A DNA stretch of 32,633 bases from Patescibacteria group bacterium (GTDB taxonomy: Bacteria > Patescibacteriota > Minisyncoccia > Phycocordibacterales > PALSA-1337). Numbering within the stretch: position 1 is the first letter of the stretch; every line of letters begins with the position of its first letter. This document shows, piece by piece, positions 1 through 8,400 of this stretch. The stretch lies in contig JAUPUH010000064.1 in assembly GCA_030917665.1 (NCBI GenBank), positions 1 through 32,633 of the forward strand. The letters run 5' to 3'. A program made the translations under genes and the position numbers. The notes beneath the pieces were generated by a model, which was not told the origin of the DNA, made no database searches, and worked only from the letters and a program-made list of their open reading frames with translations.

Positions 1-158
1 AAAGATCGACTGAAACGGAATTCATAGAATCAATAGGTTGGAGCAAATTTACCTTTTTTCAATAACGATAATTTCAGCAAGCTTTTCTTTTACATGATTC
101 TATTATTTTGTTGAAAACTAGATGTCATTTAAGTAAACATACGTGTTAGGATTACCCT

Positions 159-629
159 ATGAATAACATATTAAAACTCATCATAGCGCTAGTTGTGTCC
201 CAACTTGCAGGTATTATTGGTTCAATATTTACTTATCCATCAGTCACCGGATGGTACGCTACAATCAACAGACCAGAATTCGCACCACCAAACTGGGTAT
301 TTGGTCCGGTATGGACTACTCTCTTTATACTTATGGGAATCGCAGCATTCCTTGTGTGGAAAAAAGGACTCGATCGAAAAGATGTAAAGATTGCTCTCGG
401 TATATTCATCGGACAACTTATACTAAACACGCTTTGGTCAATCATATTCTTTAGTCTGCAGTCACCAGGTGCAGCATTCTTTGAAATGATTTTCCTATGG
501 CTCGCCATCTTTGCAACAATCATTGCTTTCGCAAAAATATCAAAGCCAGCTGCATGGCTTCTTCTGCCCTATATTCTTTGGGTAAGTTTTGCAGGTTTCC
601 TTAATTATTCTATTTGGATGCTCAATTAA
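159..629 (+). CDS. tspO: TspO/MBR family tryptophan-rich sensory protein
   Basis: 156 aa, about 5 hydrophobic helices and Trp-rich. The segment WYATINRPEFAPPNWVFGPVWTTLFILMGIA matches the TspO family pattern. TGtTAGGAT (-10-like, 147-152) lies 6 nt upstream of the ATG. Confidence 0.85.
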   Translation: MNNILKLIIALVVSQLAGIIGSIFTYPSVTGWYATINRPEFAPPNWVFGPVWTTLFILMGIAAFLVWKKGLDRKDVKIALGIFIGQLILNTLWSIIFFSLQSPGAAFFEMIFLWLAIFATIIAFAKISKPAAWLLLPYILWVSFAGFLNYSIWMLN

Positions 630-647
630 AAAAATAATATAAACTCC

Positions 648-1040
648 ATGAAAGGCTACGTAAAAAATATTGAGAAGTTATCTCTTGAGAACAATAACTT
701 TCGACATGTGCTTTATACCGACAAAAATAGCCAGCTCGTTCTCATGTCGCTTCTTCCAAACGAAGAGATTGGTGAGGAAATTCACGATGTTGATCAATTT
801 TTGAGAGTCGAAAAGGGCTCCGGGACAGCAATTCTAAATGACGTTCCACATACAATATCCGATGGTAGCGTCATTCTTGTTCCTATGGGAACAAAACACA
901 ATGTTATTAATAGTAATAGCGGGGATATGAAGCTTTATACTCTCTACATGCCTCCTCACCATCGTGATGGAGTAATACACAAAACTAAAGCGGAAGCGGA
1001 ATCTGACACAGAGCATTTCGACGGAAAGACTACCGAGTAG
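648..1040 (+). CDS. cupin domain protein
   Basis: 130 aa. GEEIHDVDQFLRVEKGSG...VPMGTKHNVINSN...LYTLYMPPHH fits the cupin_2 beta-barrel metal-site pattern. TAATAT (635-640) lies 7 nt upstream of the ATG and there is no SD. Confidence 0.8.
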   Translation: MKGYVKNIEKLSLENNNFRHVLYTDKNSQLVLMSLLPNEEIGEEIHDVDQFLRVEKGSGTAILNDVPHTISDGSVILVPMGTKHNVINSNSGDMKLYTLYMPPHHRDGVIHKTKAEAESDTEHFDGKTTE

Positions 1041-1152
1041 TGTTTGACTTTTTGCATTAAAAGAATAGATTATGTACTAGCGAACAATGATGTGTCACTG
1101 CGTCATAACTGCACCAAACATTCAGTGACTGATCATCAAACTGGAGGTAATA

Positions 1153-1473
1153 ATGAACGGTAGACCTGAAAAGCATATGGATGATGCGCTCATCGCACAT
1201 GCCACGCAAACAACCCACATGGAAATCAAGGTGGTAATACCGGGCGGAGGTTCACGGACACTCCACGCTCGTAGCGTCAGGGTGGTCGACGTAGGGATTC
1301 CTACGGTTGATCTGCTGTCACCTGAAAGCACCCGACAGAACGGCAGCCTCTCCACGACGGCTGTGGCAGAGTTTGATGAGGCACTCAAAAAACTCGTGAA
1401 GCGTGGGACTAAATTCTACACCATGCTGAGGCCCAATTGGGCTCTTCCCGCAGTCCTGTGGGAACTTGAATAG
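1153..1473 (+). CDS. hypothetical protein (GC-rich block 1)
   Basis: 106-aa ORF with a strong SD (GGAGG, 1143-1147) 5 nt before the ATG. An upstream TTGACT-N16-TAGATT promoter-like pair lies at 1044-1071 and a hairpin terminator follows the ORF. I recognise no family. Confidence 0.55.
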   Translation: MNGRPEKHMDDALIAHATQTTHMEIKVVIPGGGSRTLHARSVRVVDVGIPTVDLLSPESTRQNGSLSTTAVAEFDEALKKLVKRGTKFYTMLRPNWALPAVLWELE

Positions 1474-1502
1474 ATGGGAGGATTCAATCTGCACACTTCT
1501 CA

Positions 1503-1545
1503 CCCGTCATGAACACAAAAGCCTGTCGTTCACGATGGGTTTTTG
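1503..1545 (+). terminator. intrinsic terminator after 1153..1473
   Basis: 12-bp stem cccgtcatgaac / gttcacgatggg (one G-U pair, one mismatch) followed by ttttt. Confidence 0.5.
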
Positions 1546-1623
1546 TTTACCTAGACAATGTCTATTTTTTATGTTAATATTTTAATGAATTGCATTGCGA
1601 CGATGTCGTAAAGCCCCTGCCGT

Positions 1624-2553
1624 ATGGGATATATGGTAATGCACCTTGGACAAATCGTTATGAGTAAAAAATCAAAGGACGCCGCTTCTGGCGGCTTCAA
1701 AACAAAGACACGGAAATTGCAGCAAAGCATCAACCAAGTCGGGCGGGAACTTTCAGCCCTCACAAAGCGCGAAAAGAAATCGTGCCGCGTGTGGGCAAGC
1801 GGCTACCACAAATTCATGAAATCGGCGGACCAGCTCGCAGATCTGAAGGTGCACAAAACACAAAAAGAGAGCCGGCTGCGAGCTGTGATCAAGGCTTGGT
1901 CAACTGAAACTGTGCGTCTGACGAAAGAACGTGACAAGTGCCGTGAATTACTCCAGGCCAAGAAGGCTGAGTTGGCAGGCCTCGAAGCAAAACTCGCGAT
2001 GCTCAAAGAACAAGAGCAGAACGAGATCAAGAACGTGGATGAAATCGTGACGCAAGTCTTCGATCTCAACGCCACTGTCGTCCGAGCATCGAATTCGCGC
2101 TTGGAGTGCCTTAATCGGCACGTGTTCCCTCGTCTCTGGACTGATGAAGGTGGTATGCGCAGTCAGGTCAGCTTCATAAGCTCCGACGGATTGCAAAAAG
2201 TCGTTGCGATGGTGAATACCATGACCCTCGTTAAAGGCGAATTCGCCGAGGAAGCGTTGCGGCTCATCCAGGGTTTCTTTGATCGCTTTCAAACCACCAC
2301 GAAGGTCAGCAGCGATATGCAGCCCATCTTCGAACTTACGCGGCAGCTTCTCGTGCTGAAAACGAACTTCAAGGTTGGACCTGACCTTTACCGGTTCATT
2401 TCCATGGAACTTGATGCCAGCACTCTTCCCGAGCTCGCTCGTGCACAAACACTGCTTCGGCAGAGCATTCGGTCGGAAAAGACCAACTCCTACATCCGAA
2501 TGTACGCACGTACGAATCGGAATGCGAACTGGGAGGTCGTTCCCCAATCATAA
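1624..2553 (+). CDS. hypothetical coiled-coil protein (GC-rich block 1)
   Basis: 309-aa ORF; the alternative start is Met13 at 1660. It has a basic N-terminus, a heptad-like KAELAGLEAKLAMLKEQEQ segment and a strong terminator downstream. The promoter-like pair TAGACA-N17(TGt)-TAATAT lies at 1552-1580. The C-terminal motif SYIRMYAR reminds me of the Mu-like-phage DUF3164 family, but this is memory only and unverified. Confidence 0.65.
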   Translation: MGYMVMHLGQIVMSKKSKDAASGGFKTKTRKLQQSINQVGRELSALTKREKKSCRVWASGYHKFMKSADQLADLKVHKTQKESRLRAVIKAWSTETVRLTKERDKCRELLQAKKAELAGLEAKLAMLKEQEQNEIKNVDEIVTQVFDLNATVVRASNSRLECLNRHVFPRLWTDEGGMRSQVSFISSDGLQKVVAMVNTMTLVKGEFAEEALRLIQGFFDRFQTTTKVSSDMQPIFELTRQLLVLKTNFKVGPDLYRFISMELDASTLPELARAQTLLRQSIRSEKTNSYIRMYARTNRNANWEVVPQS

Positions 2554-2570
2554 TCGGATTATTTCGCACA

Positions 2571-2602
2571 AATGCCACCAACTTTCGTTGGTGGCATTTT
2601 TT
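2571..2602 (+). terminator. intrinsic terminator
   Basis: Perfect 12-bp stem aatgccaccaac / gttggtggcatt with loop tttc, followed by a T-run. Confidence 0.85.
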
Positions 2603-2609
2603 ACATAAA

Positions 2610-2637
2610 TTGACAGAATACAAATCCGCGATAGTAT
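2610..2637 (+). promoter_or_regulatory. sigma70-like promoter for 2662..3018
   Basis: TTGACA (2610-2615), N16, TAGTAT (2632-2637). Confidence 0.5.
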
Positions 2638-2661
2638 TCTTCACTGAAGGAGAACTGTACT

Positions 2662-3018
2662 GTGCTGAAGATAATCTTTATTTTGATAGTTATCCGGATG
2701 TTAATGTATTTCGTGAAGTATCTTTTTTTCAATGTTACCGTCACCCCCGAGGAATGCTTACATGCTTTGGACCCGGTGAAATGGCGAACTCTCGAAGAAA
2801 TCATAGCTGAGCTCGAGATACTTAAAAGGGGCAAGTTACGGGCTTATGAGGTCAATGTACCTCTTGAGAAACTTGTCGAGCAGGGTGTTGTAGAAAGAAA
2901 ATTGACGCCCAAAATGCCTCCTGTACTTTACTACCGGAGCAAGGGTGATCGCACCCCCAGAAAACCTCGTCCCGAGAGGAAAATCAGGTGGTGGCGTCTT
3001 CTACCCCAACCCGCATAA
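2662..3018 (+). CDS. small hypothetical protein, hydrophobic N-terminus plus possible winged-helix, basic tail
   Basis: GTG start with SD AAGGAG (2647-2652) 9 nt upstream. 118 aa. The Arg/Pro/Lys-rich C-terminus is RKPRPERKIRWWRLL. I recognise no family. Confidence 0.5.
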   Translation: MLKIIFILIVIRMLMYFVKYLFFNVTVTPEECLHALDPVKWRTLEEIIAELEILKRGKLRAYEVNVPLEKLVEQGVVERKLTPKMPPVLYYRSKGDRTPRKPRPERKIRWWRLLPQPA

Positions 3019-3045
3019 ACAACCAATCCGTGAGTTATTTCAAAC

Positions 3046-3077
3046 AACGCCACCCAAAAGGAGGCGTTGAATTTTTT
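3046..3077 (+). terminator. intrinsic terminator
   Basis: Stem aacgccacc / ggaggcgtt (one mismatch) followed by gaatttttt. Confidence 0.55.
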
Positions 3078-3096
3078 ATCAAATCACTGCTATAAT
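3067..3096 (+). promoter_or_regulatory. promoter of the VanY-like gene (leaderless configuration)
   Basis: TTGAAT (3067-3072), N18, TATAAT (3091-3096). The ATG at 3103 is 6 nt after the -10 element. Confidence 0.5.
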
Positions 3097-3102
3097 GCCG
3101 AC

Positions 3103-4011
3103 ATGAAGATTAAAATCCCCCATTTCACTACCAAGGACAAAATTATAATAACAGGAACTATAGCCTTTTTTATTGGCATAAATTATTGGGCGTACTATAC
3201 TACGAACCTCTATACTGAACTTAAGGATACAAGAAGCGAATTTGCAGTAAGTACAAGTACGCTCAATACCACGATTAAGGAGCTCGAGGAAAAGCTCGCT
3301 GATTCAAAAAAAGAAAATGAAAATCTTTCTGATGTATTGAGTGATGAACAAAAGAAAACTGTTGAGCTCGAGCGCGAACGAAGAAGGAATGAGAAGAAGA
3401 TTAATACACTTACCAAGCTTACAACCATCGACCCAGAGCTTCTCAAGAAATACTCGAAGGTATATTTCTTGAGCGAAAATTATGTTCCAGCAAAACTTGA
3501 TACAATAGGCACCAATTTCCTAGTTGATCCGACAAAAGACATTCAAATTCTTGATGGTGTATCCTCATATCTTATCGACATGCTTGAAGATGCAAAAAGG
3601 GCTGGGGTTGATCTCAAGGTACTCTCTGGGTATAGATCATTTGATTATCAAAAGACTTTGAAATCACAGTATAAGGTTGTGTATGGGGCAGGAACAGCAA
3701 ACCAATTCTCTGCAGAACAAGGGTATTCTGAGCATCAGCTTGGTACAGCGGTCGATTTCACAACAACCGCCCTTAGAAGCGCCGAAACTACATTTGACCA
3801 AACAGCAGCGTATGCTTGGCTTGCAAAAAACGCGTACAAGTACGGGTTCATTATTTCTTATCCAAAAGGAAACTTGTATTACCAGTATGAACCATGGCAT
3901 TGGAGATTTGTTGGTGTCGACCTTGCTGAAGATATGCACGATGATGGAAAACAATTCTACGAACTCGATCAGCGAGACATCGATGAGTACCTTGTAAAAT
4001 TCTTCGATTAG
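3103..4011 (+). CDS. D-alanyl-D-alanine carboxypeptidase, VanY / peptidase M15B family, membrane-anchored with coiled-coil linker
   Basis: M15B motifs are present: SGYRS, SEHQLGTAVDF (H-x6-D) and EPWHWRF. There is an N-terminal TM helix, IIITGTIAFFIGINYWAYY. I take the start at ATG 3103 rather than the track TTG at 3067, which lies inside the upstream terminator. Confidence 0.85.
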   Translation: MKIKIPHFTTKDKIIITGTIAFFIGINYWAYYTTNLYTELKDTRSEFAVSTSTLNTTIKELEEKLADSKKENENLSDVLSDEQKKTVELERERRRNEKKINTLTKLTTIDPELLKKYSKVYFLSENYVPAKLDTIGTNFLVDPTKDIQILDGVSSYLIDMLEDAKRAGVDLKVLSGYRSFDYQKTLKSQYKVVYGAGTANQFSAEQGYSEHQLGTAVDFTTTALRSAETTFDQTAAYAWLAKNAYKYGFIISYPKGNLYYQYEPWHWRFVGVDLAEDMHDDGKQFYELDQRDIDEYLVKFFD

Positions 4012-4013
4012 TA

Positions 4014-4049
4014 AACAAAAAAACAGAGGTCGTGAGCCTCTGTTTTTTA
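4014..4049. terminator. bidirectional intrinsic terminator between convergent genes
   Basis: Stem cagagg / cctctg, flanked by an A-run on the left and a T-run on the right. Confidence 0.8.
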
Positions 4050-4066
4050 TTTAATATATGTTGCAA

Positions 4067-5014
4067 TTACTGGGCAAGTGTTTGAAAGAAATTACCTGTC
4101 AATACTCCCCTGTTACCTGCTGCATCTGTACTATTAATCGTATAATAGTACTGCGTACTTGTTGCAAGATTATCTAACGTCACATCATGGTAATAAACTT
4201 GGGATGATGAGCTGATCGTCGGAGTTTCTGAAGTATTTATGGATGAATTTGTACTAATCCATACCTTGCTGTCTGAGGGTTCATTGGTAATCCATACGAG
4301 GCGCGTTGAGGTGGCTTTCAAACCAACTACTGTTGCGTACGTTATATTAGGAGCAATAACGTCCTGTTCTGGAGCAGATGGAATTGAAGTTGTCTTAAAA
4401 TTCAAGACGGATGAATCCTTCGTGTTGCCGTTTGCATCACGCGCTGTTACAACATAGTAATATGTAGTATTTGGTGTAAGTCCAGATAGAGTCACTTTAT
4501 GATTTAATATAAGTGAACCGTCTGCTACGGTTGAACTTGATGAAGTAATACTAGAATTCGTTCCATATTTCACACTTCCAGTTGTCGATTCATTTGTCTT
4601 CCAAGATACCGTTGCAGTAGAAGTTGCCTTAGAAACTCTGATGTCTGAAATCCTTGGCGCAACTGTATCACGTGTTGTGGTTGCAGTTGTAGTTCCGTTT
4701 CTGTTATCGCACTTTATTAATCTATTGAAAAGACCCTGAGGAAGTTCTTTTCCGTTCCCGAGTCGCTTATCTATTTCCCAATTGCGTATGATGCCCCATG
4801 GTAAACATTTCCTATCATGCTTCTTTGAATCCTTTTTCCTCTTATCATCGTCATCCTTTTTATTGTCATCATCACCCTTAGATCTTTCACTCTTTCCTTT
4901 TGAGTCAGATTTTGAATCATTATGTGCAGATGCAAGAAGTGGTTGTACTGATGTCGCAAGTAGTGCCAACATGAATACGAATCCAGCGAACTTTAAAAGT
5001 TTTTGATTTTTCAT
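4067..5014 (-). CDS. secreted protein with two fibronectin-type-III-like (purple-acid-phosphatase-N-like) domains
   Basis: The signal peptide is MKNQKLLKFAGFVFMLALLATSVQPLLASA. A D/K-rich low-complexity linker follows. Two internally repeated beta-sandwich units follow the linker: ATVSWKTNESTTGSVKYG...LTPNTTYYYVVTARDANGN and TRLVWITNEPSDSKVWIS...STQYYYTINSTDAAGN. Confidence 0.75.
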   Translation of the reverse strand: MKNQKLLKFAGFVFMLALLATSVQPLLASAHNDSKSDSKGKSERSKGDDDNKKDDDDKRKKDSKKHDRKCLPWGIIRNWEIDKRLGNGKELPQGLFNRLIKCDNRNGTTTATTTRDTVAPRISDIRVSKATSTATVSWKTNESTTGSVKYGTNSSITSSSSTVADGSLILNHKVTLSGLTPNTTYYYVVTARDANGNTKDSSVLNFKTTSIPSAPEQDVIAPNITYATVVGLKATSTRLVWITNEPSDSKVWISTNSSINTSETPTISSSSQVYYHDVTLDNLATSTQYYYTINSTDAAGNRGVLTGNFFQTLAQ

Positions 5015-5017
5015 TGT

Positions 5018-5057
5018 GATATGTAGGAGTTAAATTGATAATATCAGCCTACATATC
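5018..5057. repeat. 10-bp perfect inverted repeat in the 5' UTR of the FN3 gene
   Basis: gatatgtagg (5018-5027) and cctacatatc (5048-5057), with a 20-nt loop. The proximal arm ends 3 nt upstream of the ATG at 5014. Confidence 0.8.
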
Positions 5058-5061
5058 CAAC

Positions 5062-5087
5062 GACGTTTGAAAAAGCAGTACGTTACA
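5062..5087 (-). promoter_or_regulatory. ECF-sigma-type promoter candidate upstream of the FN3 gene
   Basis: The minus strand reads TGTAAC (5087-5082), N16, CGTC (5065-5062). This fits the AAC...CGT ECF consensus class (SigX/SigW-like). Confidence 0.45.
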
Positions 5088-5095
5088 GCAAAATG

Positions 5096-5881
5096 CTAAC
5101 GATCCTCACGAGAACGATTATTCTTTTTGATGTCAAGTTTTTTGACAATATCCTCATGTCTTTCAAAGACTTTTCTAAGATCAGAGTCACGATCATCGTC
5201 GTTATCATTATCATCATTGTCATCTGAATTTCGTGCTTTTCTAGAATCGTCCCTTGAATCTCGATCCTCCTTATCATCACTATTATCGTCATCATCTATA
5301 TCCTGACGCACATTCATCTTTGCACTCATCATTTCAGTGGCTTGTGGTGCACTAAACGTACCCATGAGTTGTATTGATTCCTCGTTCTTTTTACTTTCCC
5401 TAACTATCTTCACCTTTGCAAGAGCTTGTTCAGCCTTATCTGCCTGCTTCTCAATTTCCTCTTTTGCAATCTTTTTTGTTCTTTCTTCGAATTCCTCCTC
5501 CCTATCAAGCCTTTCAGCTTCCTGCAACCGACGTTCAACAAGTTTTGTTTCGTACTCAGCCTGAGGTTCTGGTTCTGATGCAACAAAGACTCTTTCAACT
5601 CGCTCAGTTACTTTTGTTTTTACAGGATAAAACAAATCACCTGGCAAAGCTTGTTCTGCTGCAAAGACAACGGTACTACCGAGAGACAGTGTTATGAAAA
5701 GTGCTGCATAACCGACTTTGAATTGGTGTGACCACAAAAGCCCATACCAATTTGTAGATGATGTGGTATGTGATGGGGCACCAATATGATCAAGAAGGTG
5801 CTTTTTGATTTCAGTCTTGTGTTTCTCACCCAAACTGACTTCCTTCATTGATTTTAAAATTGTAACTATATCTTTTTTCAT
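5096..5881 (-). CDS. anti-sigma-like membrane protein, DUF5667-like extracytoplasmic domain, acidic low-complexity tail
   Basis: The gene overlaps the sigma gene by ATGA. It has a single TM helix (FKVGYAALFITLSLGSTVVFAA) followed by LPGDLFYPVKTKVTERVE, which is DUF5667-like. The C-terminus is a D/N/R-rich tail. Confidence 0.7.
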   Translation of the reverse strand: MKKDIVTILKSMKEVSLGEKHKTEIKKHLLDHIGAPSHTTSSTNWYGLLWSHQFKVGYAALFITLSLGSTVVFAAEQALPGDLFYPVKTKVTERVERVFVASEPEPQAEYETKLVERRLQEAERLDREEEFEERTKKIAKEEIEKQADKAEQALAKVKIVRESKKNEESIQLMGTFSAPQATEMMSAKMNVRQDIDDDDNSDDKEDRDSRDDSRKARNSDDNDDNDNDDDRDSDLRKVFERHEDIVKKLDIKKNNRSREDR

Positions 5882-6381
5882 GATGTTTTCATTAAATCCT
5901 TCAGTCTTTCAAGCGCCCGGTGGATTCTTACCGAGACAGTATTTTCTCTTTCATTAAGGATTTCTGCGATGTCTTTAGGTGACAAATCTTCTACAAATCT
6001 CCAAAGAATTAGGTTTTGCTCATCTTGAGAAATCTGCGGCAATAGCCTTAAAACATTCTTAAACTCGGCAGTCTGTTCGATATTCTCGCCACGAGAATCT
6101 GAGGGTTCAAAACCTGCATCTATGAGATTATCAAGTGATTCGGCCTTCTTCTTTCTATACCAATCAATAGCAAGATTTCCAGCTATACGGTAGAGCAACG
6201 CCTTAGGATTCTCAACGTTCTGACCATCTTTCATATATGTCCAGAATTGCATAAATGCTTGCTGGGTCATATCCTGAGCTCGTTCTCGATCACTTACCTT
6301 GAAAAAGCAATGCCTGAAAATTGCGTCAGCATATGCCTCATAAATATCGATAAATGTCTTCTTTGTATCATTCAACTCCAT
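5878..6381 (-). CDS. ECF-type RNA polymerase sigma-70 family factor
   Basis: 167 aa. Region 2 is present (FRHCFFKVSDRERAQDMTQQAFMQFWTY...IAGNLAIDWYRKK). Region 4 is present (DEQNLILWRFVEDLSPKDIAEILNERENTVSVRIHRALERLK). Confidence 0.85.
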   Translation of the reverse strand: MELNDTKKTFIDIYEAYADAIFRHCFFKVSDRERAQDMTQQAFMQFWTYMKDGQNVENPKALLYRIAGNLAIDWYRKKKAESLDNLIDAGFEPSDSRGENIEQTAEFKNVLRLLPQISQDEQNLILWRFVEDLSPKDIAEILNERENTVSVRIHRALERLKDLMKTS

Positions 6382-6426
6382 AGACGTGTGGTTACCCCCA
6401 ATATTACATCGAGTGCCCTTTCAATG

Positions 6427-7416
6427 CTATCTTTTTTCCATCTTCTCTACGAACATATCAAGAAGCTTTCCTGTATCAATTTCACGTTCCGCAAACTCTG
6501 AGCGAAGTATGATAATTGCAATCGGGTACGTCTGTGGGCCGATTTTTTGTTTAAAAAGAGATATCATGCTTTCTTTTGCCTCATCAGTCCTCCCTGTCTT
6601 GCCCCCAATAAAGCTTGAGTTCTTGGAATATGGATTTATATTAACGAAATGGTGCGACTGGTGATCAGATGTTGTTGCCATATCAAAATCAACCGTTCTC
6701 GATATCTTTAGAATGTCTTCTTCATGACTATACAGATATTGAGTCAGGGTAAAAAGATCTTTGGCGTTTGAAATGTTAAATGGACTCAATCCAGAAGCAT
6801 CTCTGAATGAGGTTTTTTCAAGTCCAATTTCCTTAGCAAATGCATTCATCTCCTCCATGAAATTTTCGTAGCCAAAAGACTGAGCATACGCTTCTGCAGC
6901 ATCATTACTCGACTCAAGAAGAAGTGGGTAGAGAAGTTCTTCGGTAGTAAATTTCTCGTCGAGTACGAGACGTCCTGCGTCTCCATATGCATCAAGCATC
7001 GGTTGAGTAATCACTATCTCCTTGTCCGAATCCATAAGATGCTGAACTACGAGTGCTGTATAAAGTTTACTGACAGAAGCTATTGGAAAAACGGAGCTGC
7101 TATTAAAATTAATATACACCTCTCCCGTCTCAAGATTACCAACAAGATATGATTCAGCAGATATGTACGGTCTCGGTCTTTTTTGTTCTATGGGTACTGC
7201 AACAGCAGCTATTGGTGTGGACGAGATGGTGCGTATTTCAAGTGATGGCTCTTTCATTAAGATACTTTCATCAACGTCAACAATACCCTTCTGCGTCTGC
7301 AGAACAGACCCATTGGTATGGGTCTGGGCAGCCTCTCTTATTTTTTCGTTACGAACAGCAATAGCAAAGAGTACCATTGCGCAGCAAGAAATGAGGAGGT
7401 ATTTATTTTCATGCAT
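6427..7416 (-). CDS. serine-type D-Ala-D-Ala carboxypeptidase (peptidase S11, PBP5-like)
   Basis: The SxxK (SVSK), SxN (SSN) and KTG (GGKTGRT) motifs occur in the correct order, with an N-terminal hydrophobic anchor. Confidence 0.85.
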   Translation of the reverse strand: MHENKYLLISCCAMVLFAIAVRNEKIREAAQTHTNGSVLQTQKGIVDVDESILMKEPSLEIRTISSTPIAAVAVPIEQKRPRPYISAESYLVGNLETGEVYINFNSSSVFPIASVSKLYTALVVQHLMDSDKEIVITQPMLDAYGDAGRLVLDEKFTTEELLYPLLLESSNDAAEAYAQSFGYENFMEEMNAFAKEIGLEKTSFRDASGLSPFNISNAKDLFTLTQYLYSHEEDILKISRTVDFDMATTSDHQSHHFVNINPYSKNSSFIGGKTGRTDEAKESMISLFKQKIGPQTYPIAIIILRSEFAEREIDTGKLLDMFVEKMEKR

Positions 7417-7443
7417 TATCCTCTAAGTATAATACACATCCCC

Positions 7444-7914
7444 TCATCTCGTCACGGAGATGGTGGATATTTCTCCGTTACCACTTACTGTTATTCTTCC
7501 GTCACTATCCTGACTTATAGAATATCTAGTATTGTAACTTCCTGGGCTATCGAATTTTGCCAGGGTGTCAGAAGGATCGAAAGGAATAGCTGAAATATAA
7601 TTTGGGACTATACAGGTATAGACATCATACTCACCTGAATTGCTCGACATTACGGTCGGTGCACTTGGTAGAGCTGTTACACCGCCACCACACTGAAGTA
7701 TACCTTTGTTTTCTGCCATATTCTGGCCAACAGCATTCAATATCGCTGTGACATTGCTTACTCTTTGTGAATCACGTGCAAGCTTGAATTGACGAGCAGG
7801 GTTTATAGCCACCAACACGACTGCGGCCAGCACAGCTATTATTCCAATAACAACAAGGATTTCAATAAGTGTAAATCCTTTATTTCCCTTTTTTGTTTCT
7901 TTTTTTCTCAACAT
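7444..7914 (-). CDS. type IV pilin / pseudopilin (probable major subunit)
   Basis: The class III signal is KKGNKG|FTLIEILVVIGIIAVLAAVVL with Glu at +5. 156 aa. Confidence 0.85.
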   Translation of the reverse strand: MLRKKETKKGNKGFTLIEILVVIGIIAVLAAVVLVAINPARQFKLARDSQRVSNVTAILNAVGQNMAENKGILQCGGGVTALPSAPTVMSSNSGEYDVYTCIVPNYISAIPFDPSDTLAKFDSPGSYNTRYSISQDSDGRITVSGNGEISTISVTR

Positions 7915-8010
7915 TGTTTTTATAATTATATTAATAATGAATTGAGTTTACAGAAATCAAATGAAGTGTAAGTGAAGTATGTTTCAATTCCGCATGAATT
8001 TTCGAGTACA

Positions 8011-8400
8011 TCAGTCAATTGAAATTATTTCAAACCTATTGTCATATAACCTTACAACCGCTAACCTTTTCACATTTCCATTTTTAAAATTCCCGTGCGA
8101 ATAAATAATCTTTAATCCCTCATTTTCCTCTACCGAATCTATAACACAATATAAATCTGGAATCTCGTATGGTTCAGAAATCTGATAGAAGTAGTCATTT
8201 GCCAGAGCAAGAATAGCCTGATCAATGCAATTATATGCATTGTAATGGTTCATAAGTCTATATTGTTTGCGTTGTGTCATATCAAAAAAATGTCCGATTT
8301 CGATTGATTGCATAAATGTAAAAGCAAGCAAAAGACTCGAAACCGTAATCACAAGTGTCAGTGCAACGAACCCATCTTTTAATTTATAGTTAGTCTTCAT
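8011..8400 (-). CDS. minor pilin-like protein (degenerate prepilin signal)
   Basis: I take ATG 8400 as the start (MKTNYKLKDG|FVALTLVITVSSLLLAF). It lacks Glu+5, as in GspK/PilX-type minor pilins, and overlaps the upstream 56-aa ORF by 11 nt. The track start is 8424. Confidence 0.5.
   Translation of the reverse strand: MKTNYKLKDGFVALTLVITVSSLLLAFTFMQSIEIGHFFDMTQRKQYRLMNHYNAYNCIDQAILALANDYFYQISEPYEIPDLYCVIDSVEENEGLKIIYSHGNFKNGNVKRLAVVRLYDNRFEIISID

Noticed and set aside
1-25. A possible minus-strand gene start (ATG at 25) runs out of the window.
   Set aside because: Only 8 codons are visible, which is too little to support a call.
1948-2547. A 199-aa antisense ORF lies inside 1624..2553. Similar long antisense ORFs occur at 15829..16143, 15873..16193, 23166..23402 and 24407..24676.
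   Set aside because: These are typical shadow ORFs of GC-richer coding regions. They have no start signals and low-complexity, atypical composition. The sense ORFs carry the recognisable motifs, promoters and terminators.
3067-3102. The track extends the VanY-like gene to TTG 3067 and typA to 13435.
   Set aside because: The extensions overlap a terminator hairpin or promoter elements. They also precede the conserved N-termini (a TM helix in one, the G1 motif MDIRNIAIIAHVDHGKT in the other).
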